A stretch of DNA of 34,711 nt from Actinomycetota bacterium (GTDB taxonomy: Bacteria; Actinomycetota; Acidimicrobiia; Acidimicrobiales; Ilumatobacteraceae): the NCBI GenBank assembly GCA_041173945.1, contig JBEDHS010000037.1:1-34711 (forward strand). Reading direction: 5' to 3'. Each line of letters begins with the position of its first letter. The first letter of the stretch is position 1. Below the pieces are notes generated by a model, which saw only the letters and a list, made by a program, of their open reading frames with translations, was not told where the DNA came from and searched no databases. The position numbers and the translations under genes were made by a program. Of this stretch, positions 26,873 through 33,794 are shown one piece after another.

Positions 26873-29578
26873 TCACGGTGTCGATGGAACCCACACCTGC
26901 AGTTGACGCAGATCGCCCGCGTGAGGAACCCGCTCGCGAGACAAGACAACAGATTGCCCTGGTCGCAACACTGTTCCTGCAGGAACACGAGCCGACATAG
27001 TCGGTACTTCGACTCCGGAGATGTCAATCACCACGGTGTCGGTATTTGTGATTGTCACAAGATCTGTGCCCGTCAATGTGTAGGAGATGGTGTCACTTTG
27101 TGGGCCCGGTAGTCGTGGCGACGCAGGACCTGTCAGCAAATCACGTTTAGGTTTTACATAGTTGTCGATCAAGATCTGTTGTGCTTGCTGAATGGTCTGT
27201 CTTTGACCATAGGTGGACCACCTCTGGCGATCTAATACAGCATCATCACGCAGGATCGCCTCTAATTCAGAGATTCGTTTCTCGAGATATCCGTCAGCAA
27301 GATAGAGATCTGCCAGCGTCTTGGTTCGACGATCGAGCATCTCACGTAATTCGGGAGTCTTTAAAAATAGCCTGCCCAGGCGATTTCCTTCCATGTATTC
27401 CATATAGGCGGTCGCCGACACCGTGTCACACACTGCATTGCACCCGCCTACCCATTGACGACCAAAATTCAAATCGAAGTCAATCGGTACAAGTCGCCAT
27501 TTTTGATCGGCCGGATCAAACAGCAACATGTGATTTTTGTGCTCCCATTCCAGATGTTGAGCCACCCGCATCGTTGCCAAAGCTTCAATAATTTGCGGAA
27601 TATCAAGATGTTTGTAGGCGAAATCGAGAAGTTCTTTTTCATTCTCGTTGTTGACTTGACGAATTAAGTCTCGCACTTCATCGACATGCTCTAACCAACG
27701 TTGTGATCGCCGTTGATACCGCTGACGCATCTCGCTATTGGGTAGATCAAGATGACTGAGACGCAACGTGGCTTGTCGGTCCGATTTAAAAACAACGGTG
27801 TCGCGGGAAAATCCGAATTTTTCGCGCCATTGACCATCGGGTTGCTCTTGATACAGATACAACCCAAAGAACTCATTGTTCTTCTCAAGTCGTAGAGGAA
27901 ATACCTGTTGTGCAATGCCCCCACCAAGCTTCTGCAATTCGCTTGTCAAAATTTCACGAACAAACGATTTGTCGGTGAACGACGAATTCAATGCAAACTC
28001 ATTAACAGGGTTCGCCAGTAACCCTCCGAGAGTGGTTTCGTATCCCGCTGGCAGGACGACTTTCCATTTCTTTTTGGGGTTCAAGCGTGATTGATTTCCA
28101 CGCATTCGGATCTTTGCACCGTCGAACACTTCCCCATCGAATGCAAGAACGGTGGGGTACCCATTGTCGCCATAAAGTCCTGGGTCATTAAAAATCTGTG
28201 AGTAATAGTCATCTTCAACGAACCATTGCATGCGCGGCAGCGAACTGTCGTTTTCTGGTTGCACCACTGTCCCGCGGTACACCATTCCATCTCCCATGCG
28301 TGGCCACGTTCCCGCGGTCGCGTCATTGGTACTTAACAACTTGTACCGCACCAATGAACCTGCTGCTTGCGCGGGGATGGTTGCGCTATACACACCAGAG
28401 GTCGTTGCACGCATTGCCACGTCGACATCGTTGTCAAACCCAATCTTGTAGGTCAACGTCGGATCTCCACCATCACGCACCATGGCAGTCACTGTCATGT
28501 CCTGCGTCGCAGTTGGCGACACCGTTGCCGACACATTTTCAAACATGGGTAGATACGACTGTGTCCACGCCATAGCGCCCTTTATGCCAGGGGATGGGTC
28601 CCCTCCATCCCAGTTCCCTGGTTCAGTCCCCCACAGTTGTTCATTTCGTCGATGTAGTGACCAACCATGTCCATCGGCAAGTGCAGGCCATAATCCGCTG
28701 TCTTCGTAATAGACCACATCAACGATGTTTTTTTGTTCATCAACCAGTCGCAGTACTCCGCGGCTGTTACTCAGCTCGACCTGTGAATCGTTTGGCGTGA
28801 CCACGAACGAAGATCCAGGCTCGAGAACAGGAGCGTCATCGAAGCAACGGTTGATCTCTACAAGACACCACCGTGATAATGAAACAGATTGAGACGACAC
28901 ATTTGTGAGTTCAATGAATTCTTCGGCGGGATTGTCGTTTTCCGAGTGATAGTGAATCTCGCTGACCACAATTGTCGACTGACGCAACTCTCCTCTGAAT
29001 TCAGCGTCATACACCACACCAGGAGATGGCACATCGTCAATCCACGCACTCGCGGCACTTCCCTCGGACTGAGCGGAAGGCATTGTTGTCGCGGTCGTTG
29101 TCGTTGAAAGTTCAGGCTCGCCACGGCGGATGCGATGCAGCGATCGCCCACGCCCATCAGTCATGATCGGCCATGGCGCACTATCTGAATACGACACTTC
29201 ATCTATCACGTCGCCCACGGCATTTTTCAACTGCAGCGTCTCGCCAGAATTGCTGAATTTGCCCTCAACATCGCTCCCTGCCACGACACGCACCGCGCCT
29301 GCTTCCAGTACGGAACTTTCGTCAAAACAGAAATCGACCCCACTCAGACACCATCGGTCAAGCGAGACCTCCCCGTCACCTGCGTTATGAATCTCAACAA
29401 AATCGAGCGAGTCATCGTCGGAGACATCGTGATAATTCACTTCCGAGATGTAGACATCTGCACGCGGTCGATCACCATCAAGTGTCGGCGTTGGTACGTC
29501 GAGATAGGTAGCGACCCCGACAGCTGAACCAAGTATCGATACCAACAGCACCCATGTCCACTTGGATTTTCGCGTCAC
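26873..29578 (-). CDS. secreted CotH kinase-family protein with two N-terminal and one C-terminal lamin-tail-like domains (CotH-A)
   Basis: N-terminal signal anchor. LTD-like repeats: ISEVNYHD..FVEIHN..WCLSGVDFCF..SYSDSAPWP..GRSLHR and VSEIHYHS..FIELTN..WCLVEINRCF..YYEDSGLWP..GWSLHR. CotH core: KWKVVLPAGY...NEFALNSSFTDKSFVRE...FPLRLEKNNEFFGLYLYQEQPDGQW...HKNHMLLFDPADQKWRLVPIDFDLNFG. GTG start. Confidence 0.85.
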   Translation of the reverse strand: MTRKSKWTWVLLVSILGSAVGVATYLDVPTPTLDGDRPRADVYISEVNYHDVSDDDSLDFVEIHNAGDGEVSLDRWCLSGVDFCFDESSVLEAGAVRVVAGSDVEGKFSNSGETLQLKNAVGDVIDEVSYSDSAPWPIMTDGRGRSLHRIRRGEPELSTTTTATTMPSAQSEGSAASAWIDDVPSPGVVYDAEFRGELRQSTIVVSEIHYHSENDNPAEEFIELTNVSSQSVSLSRWCLVEINRCFDDAPVLEPGSSFVVTPNDSQVELSNSRGVLRLVDEQKNIVDVVYYEDSGLWPALADGHGWSLHRRNEQLWGTEPGNWDGGDPSPGIKGAMAWTQSYLPMFENVSATVSPTATQDMTVTAMVRDGGDPTLTYKIGFDNDVDVAMRATTSGVYSATIPAQAAGSLVRYKLLSTNDATAGTWPRMGDGMVYRGTVVQPENDSSLPRMQWFVEDDYYSQIFNDPGLYGDNGYPTVLAFDGEVFDGAKIRMRGNQSRLNPKKKWKVVLPAGYETTLGGLLANPVNEFALNSSFTDKSFVREILTSELQKLGGGIAQQVFPLRLEKNNEFFGLYLYQEQPDGQWREKFGFSRDTVVFKSDRQATLRLSHLDLPNSEMRQRYQRRSQRWLEHVDEVRDLIRQVNNENEKELLDFAYKHLDIPQIIEALATMRVAQHLEWEHKNHMLLFDPADQKWRLVPIDFDLNFGRQWVGGCNAVCDTVSATAYMEYMEGNRLGRLFLKTPELREMLDRRTKTLADLYLADGYLEKRISELEAILRDDAVLDRQRWSTYGQRQTIQQAQQILIDNYVKPKRDLLTGPASPRLPGPQSDTISYTLTGTDLVTITNTDTVVIDISGVEVPTMSARVPAGTVLRPGQSVVLSRERVPHAGDLRQLQVWVPSTP

Positions 29579-29600
29579 AGACCGATTGTACAGAGGCGAC

Positions 29601-29606
29601 TACTAT
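29601..29606 (+). promoter_or_regulatory. candidate -10 box (TACTAT) in the 39-bp divergent gap upstream of the DUF4956 gene
   Basis: Fits TANNNT and lies 11 nt upstream of the ATG at 29618. Confidence 0.3.
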
Positions 29607-29617
29607 GTGAACTCAGC

Positions 29618-30184
29618 ATGAACGACCTCGATCTGACCACCCTCATACAAGATTTTTCAATTAACGCGGTAGCGATTGTGCTTCTTGCTTATGTCATCTA
29701 TTACCGCCGGCACCGACGCCGAGAAACCACGGTCGGCTATATCGCCACCAACGTCAGCTTGTTCGTTGTCGCAGCAGCTCTCTCTTCATCTACAACCTTG
29801 AACGTCGGTGTCGGTTTCGGACTTTTCGCGGTGCTCTCCATTGTTCGTCTACGATCAGATGAAGCCACCCAATCTGAAATCGGATACACCATGGTGGCAC
29901 TCGTCATCGGACTCATGACTGGTCTTCCTAGTCTTGACGTTGAGATCAAGATCGTGTTTTCAATTTTGTTGGTAGCAACCATGTACATCGTTGACCATCC
30001 ACGACTTATCAAATCACGTCGGTATCAGAGACTTCTCGTGGAATTAGACCGCATCATCACCGACGAAGATGAACTTCATGCAGTCGTGGGTAAACAAATC
30101 GGCTCGCCTGTCCAGAGTCTGTCAGTACAAAAGATTGACTTCGTACGAGAAACCATGTCGCTCATCGTGCGCGCTCATTCATAA
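29618..30184 (+). CDS. DUF4956-family integral membrane protein
   Basis: 188 aa with four to five hydrophobic segments, including GFGLFAVLSIVRLRS, plus a soluble C-terminal tail. This layout is typical of DUF4956 proteins that pair with VTC-domain proteins. Confidence 0.8.
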   Translation: MNDLDLTTLIQDFSINAVAIVLLAYVIYYRRHRRRETTVGYIATNVSLFVVAAALSSSTTLNVGVGFGLFAVLSIVRLRSDEATQSEIGYTMVALVIGLMTGLPSLDVEIKIVFSILLVATMYIVDHPRLIKSRRYQRLLVELDRIITDEDELHAVVGKQIGSPVQSLSVQKIDFVRETMSLIVRAHS

Positions 30185-30942
30185 TGAATGAGCTTTTTAA
30201 TTTCGCCACGATTGATCTGACCGAGCTCAACGCCCAGGCCGAACTCCTACGGCGGTTCGACACAAAATATCTTGTTGAAGTCTCGAAATTGCCTGAGATG
30301 TATGGCGCTTTACCCGAGACCACGCTGGTGCTCCGCAATCGCGATGTTCTCAGTGCCCCGTACACAACCACCTATTACGACACAAGCGAACTTCAGACGT
30401 ACTACGACCACCTCAAACAACGTCGGAAGCGATTCAAAATTCGCACTCGCTTCTACAGCGAACCTCACGATGGTTACTTGGAGATAAAGATTAAAAAACC
30501 TCGGGGGCAAACCGAAAAAGTGCGCTGGCATCTTGACGTACCAACTATTGGCGAGACTCTGTCACCTCTGCACTACACATTGCTGAATGGGGCATTGACA
30601 TCTGCGCGATATCCGGCGCTTCACGGCGATTATTACAACACCGTGCAAACCCTATTCACTCGAACGACATTGTTCGACCCCGTCTCGCGCGAGCGAATTA
30701 CCGTCGATACCGACTTTGATGTGCATTCACAGATTCAGCAATTACGTCTTGGACCGCACCATGCGATTGTTGAAATCAAGTCACCCACAAAAGTCGGTCG
30801 CACACACCGCATCTTCACATCACTGGGAATTCGACCAATCAGCCTCAGCAAATATTGCCTCGCGATGACCGCATTACGACCCGATTTGGGTGGAACTCCG
30901 TGGCGAGAAGCACTACGCATAATGGGTACAACGCGTCCTTGA
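30184..30942 (+). CDS. VTC-domain (polyphosphate-polymerase-like, triphosphate-tunnel fold) protein
   Basis: 252 aa. RRFDTKYLV, TTYYDT, RRKRFKIRTRFY, YLEIKIK and AIVEIKSP are alternating basic beta-strands characteristic of the VTC/CYTH tunnel. The ATG overlaps the upstream stop (TAATG). Confidence 0.8.
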   Translation: MNELFNFATIDLTELNAQAELLRRFDTKYLVEVSKLPEMYGALPETTLVLRNRDVLSAPYTTTYYDTSELQTYYDHLKQRRKRFKIRTRFYSEPHDGYLEIKIKKPRGQTEKVRWHLDVPTIGETLSPLHYTLLNGALTSARYPALHGDYYNTVQTLFTRTTLFDPVSRERITVDTDFDVHSQIQQLRLGPHHAIVEIKSPTKVGRTHRIFTSLGIRPISLSKYCLAMTALRPDLGGTPWREALRIMGTTRP

Positions 30943-30986
30943 CACATTTCCTGATTGCGAATATCGATAAACGATCCCAAACCAAT

Positions 30987-31062
30987 TGGCACTCCCAACG
31001 GGATTCGAACCCGTGCCGCCACCTTGAGAGGGTGGTGTCCTAGGCCACTAGACGATGGGAGC
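30987..31062 (-). tRNA. tRNA-Glu (anticodon CUC), CCA-encoded
   Basis: Minus-strand sequence GCTCCCATCGTCTAGTGGCCTAGGACACCACCCTCTCAAGGTGGCGGCACGGGTTCGAATCCCGTTGGGAGTGCCA. It folds as a cloverleaf with a 7-bp acceptor stem (G1-U72), anticodon stem CCACC/GGTGG, anticodon loop CTCTCAA, and T-arm CGGGTTCGAATCCCG. Confidence 0.9.
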
Positions 31063-31093
31063 CTGTAGCGGATTTCCACGCTACCAGTGCCAT

Positions 31094-33754
31094 TTAGTCG
31101 TTTGCGACTGGTTCTATGGCGGCGTAGATGTCGTTATTGGTGACGTCTCCGCGTGGGACTCTCCCGCTGGTCAGAACGACTGATTGGCCAGGCAACAGAA
31201 CCACCCCGGGCGGTACTCGACCCTCTAGTGAGTCAATTCGTATGCCAGAGAGATCAATCGATGTCACGTCTGTGTTGGTAAGGCGAACCTGACCTGATTG
31301 AGAGTCGTCAACGCGGTATAACACAGTATCTGTTTGTCGCAAGGGCAAATATTTCTCGTCGTCGCGAATGTAGTACCACCGCTTCGGTTGCGCGTATGCC
31401 TCGACAATTAAGTCTTGTGCCTCTTTCAATGTCTGCCGAATTCCATACTGAATCCACTTCTCTTTGTCGAGAATCGCATCCACTTCCATTTCTGCGTGAA
31501 GTTGCTGCAACCGACTTTCAATAATTCCCTCTGTCAAAAATGCATCAGAAAGTGTCCGTGTCCGTCTATCGAGTAATTCGCGAAACTCAGGCACCTTCAC
31601 AAAACTGCGGGTAAATCGATTCGCTTGCATATATGTGAGATACGGATTGGCGAACACTTCGTCACACCGTGATTTACACCCAGCAGTCCACTTTTTACCG
31701 AAATTCAAGTCATGATCTATCGCCTGAAATCTCCATTTTTCGTCTCGTGGATCGAAAAACAACATCCAGTTCTTATGTTCCAATTCCACATGCTGAGCCA
31801 CCCGAGCCACAGCTAACGCATTCACCACTTGAGGAATATCCACATGTTTGTAGATGAACTCGGTGACTTTGCTTTCTTCCTGATTGAGTTGCTGAATCAA
31901 CCACCGCATCTCATCCTGATTGAAGTCGTATTTTTGAGTCTGACGGCGATAGTCAATGTTCATCTGTTCATCAGTGCGATTCAGATGCGCAGTCTTGAGC
32001 GTTGAGATTCGCTCGCCTTTAATAGCAACGACGTCGTCACTGAATCCGTATTTATCTCGCCATTTTCCGTCGGGCTGTTCGTGGTACAGATACAAACCGT
32101 AGAACTCATTATTCAGTTCCAATCGGAGGGGAAACACCTGCTGAGCCATTCCCCCGGCCACTTTCTGCAGGTCATATGTCAACAATTCGCGCGAATACGA
32201 CTTGTCGGTCAACATCGAATGCAACCCGAATTCATTAATCGGGGTCTCGATGAGGCCTTTCATGTCCCACTCATATCCAGCAGGCAAAGTCACTTTATAT
32301 TTGTTCTTATCTCTCCCCCTCGACTCTTGACCCTTCACACGAATCAGAGCGTTATCGATGATTTCACCGTCATATGCGAAAACAGCAGGAAATCCGGTGT
32401 CGCCGAACAAATCTCTCTTGCTGTTGTTCATCGCCGAAATGTTTTGCGGATCCATAAACCACTGCAATCGCGGCAGAGGTGAAGCATCTGGCGCCTTCAC
32501 GACAGTTCCCCCATATAGGGCGCCGTCACCTTGTCGTGGCCATTGGCCGACAACCGTGTCATTACCTCCGGAGAGGCGAAAACGAATCAAGGTTCCTGCA
32601 TCTGAGCCCGGGATTGACGCAGTCCAGTTTTGTGAGTCACTCTTCGTCATTTCAATAGTGACTTCTTCATTGAATCCGTATCGGTAATGAAGTTGTGCAG
32701 CTGAGATTTCAGGATTTGTTGCCGTCACCGAAACCGTCTGCATGGGTAAAGGCGACTGCGTGAATGTCACCTCTGTGAATAATGCGAGAGAATCGACGCC
32801 TACGGCGTCAAATGCTTTTCCCGGGGTGGGTTCTCCCGACATCCAATGCGCCGGTGAATCTCCCCGCAGCGATGGACGTATTCGCTGGAGAGAGTGTCCA
32901 TGTCCGTCCGCAAGTGCGGGCCATGGACCAGAGTCTGAATACTTGACGACGTCATGAGTTTCATTGACATCATCGACCAGCTGGAGTGTCTGCCCACCAT
33001 TTCCGAGAGACACGCCATGAGACAGGCCCGACACAACGAGAAAACCATGTGGTTCAATGACATCGCTGGCTGTAAAACACGCGTTAGAACCCGACATACA
33101 CCAACCGTTCAATGCGAGTGCTTGCGAGGTTTGATTGTGCAGTTCCACAAAGTCCGCGACCGGATTTCCATCAAGGGCGTTGTACAAAATCTCGGTCATC
33201 ACAACTTTTGGACTCTTCGTCATCGACAATCCGGTTCCCTCTACAAATTCTTCTCCTGGTGAAGGTGGCGCGGCACTCCAGTTGTCCGCATTGTTACCGT
33301 CGCTATTTAAGTCTTTTCGATGCAATGAATCACCGTCACCATCGGCGGACTCAGGCCAAGGATCAGAATCTGCATAGGTAACTTCGTCCCGAACATTGTC
33401 TTGGGCGTCGACAAGTCGAATTCGTTCTCCTTTGTTGCCCATACGACCAGAGAAACTCTTCCCATAGACAACGAAGTATTCATTTGGTTCAAGAACCGTC
33501 ACATCTGTGAAGCAGAACCCAACACCTTTGATACACCATCCCGTTAATGCGACAGGTTCGTTGTGAACGTTGACAATCTCCACAAAATCGTCTGCGTCGC
33601 TATCGGTGGCGGCGTGATAGTAAATCTCAGATAAAAGCACCTGACGTTCAACTGAAGTTTCTGCCGAATCTTGGGTCGATTCTGAACACGCACTCATCAC
33701 AACTACCAATAATCCGCAAGAAAACAGCGAGACCAGCGAATGTCGTAATTTCAT
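31094..33754 (-). CDS. secreted CotH kinase-family protein with lamin-tail-like domains, probable lipoprotein (CotH-B, paralogue of 26873-29578)
   Basis: Signal peptide with a lipobox-like VVVMSA|C. Collinear with CotH-A: SEIYYHA..FVEIVN..WCIKGVGFCF, TEILYNA..FVELHN..WCMSGSNACF, KYKVTLPAGY, NEFGLHSMLTDKSYSRE, FPLRLELNNEFYGLYLYHEQPDGKW and HKNWMLFFDPRDEKWRFQAIDHDLNFG. ATG start. Confidence 0.85.
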   Translation of the reverse strand: MKLRHSLVSLFSCGLLVVVMSACSESTQDSAETSVERQVLLSEIYYHAATDSDADDFVEIVNVHNEPVALTGWCIKGVGFCFTDVTVLEPNEYFVVYGKSFSGRMGNKGERIRLVDAQDNVRDEVTYADSDPWPESADGDGDSLHRKDLNSDGNNADNWSAAPPSPGEEFVEGTGLSMTKSPKVVMTEILYNALDGNPVADFVELHNQTSQALALNGWCMSGSNACFTASDVIEPHGFLVVSGLSHGVSLGNGGQTLQLVDDVNETHDVVKYSDSGPWPALADGHGHSLQRIRPSLRGDSPAHWMSGEPTPGKAFDAVGVDSLALFTEVTFTQSPLPMQTVSVTATNPEISAAQLHYRYGFNEEVTIEMTKSDSQNWTASIPGSDAGTLIRFRLSGGNDTVVGQWPRQGDGALYGGTVVKAPDASPLPRLQWFMDPQNISAMNNSKRDLFGDTGFPAVFAYDGEIIDNALIRVKGQESRGRDKNKYKVTLPAGYEWDMKGLIETPINEFGLHSMLTDKSYSRELLTYDLQKVAGGMAQQVFPLRLELNNEFYGLYLYHEQPDGKWRDKYGFSDDVVAIKGERISTLKTAHLNRTDEQMNIDYRRQTQKYDFNQDEMRWLIQQLNQEESKVTEFIYKHVDIPQVVNALAVARVAQHVELEHKNWMLFFDPRDEKWRFQAIDHDLNFGKKWTAGCKSRCDEVFANPYLTYMQANRFTRSFVKVPEFRELLDRRTRTLSDAFLTEGIIESRLQQLHAEMEVDAILDKEKWIQYGIRQTLKEAQDLIVEAYAQPKRWYYIRDDEKYLPLRQTDTVLYRVDDSQSGQVRLTNTDVTSIDLSGIRIDSLEGRVPPGVVLLPGQSVVLTSGRVPRGDVTNNDIYAAIEPVAND

Positions 33755-33794
33755 TAGAGAGATACCTTAATCAGTCACCCCGGAGTGAGGCTTC

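Noticed and set aside
25636-30986. A genomic island integrated at tRNA-Glu, which would be expected to show a direct repeat of the tRNA 3' half at the far boundary.
   Set aside because: I found no convincing repeat of the tRNA 3' segment by eye, and no integrase, recombinase or transposase ORF is present. The idea is kept only as a low-priority check under the tRNA finding.
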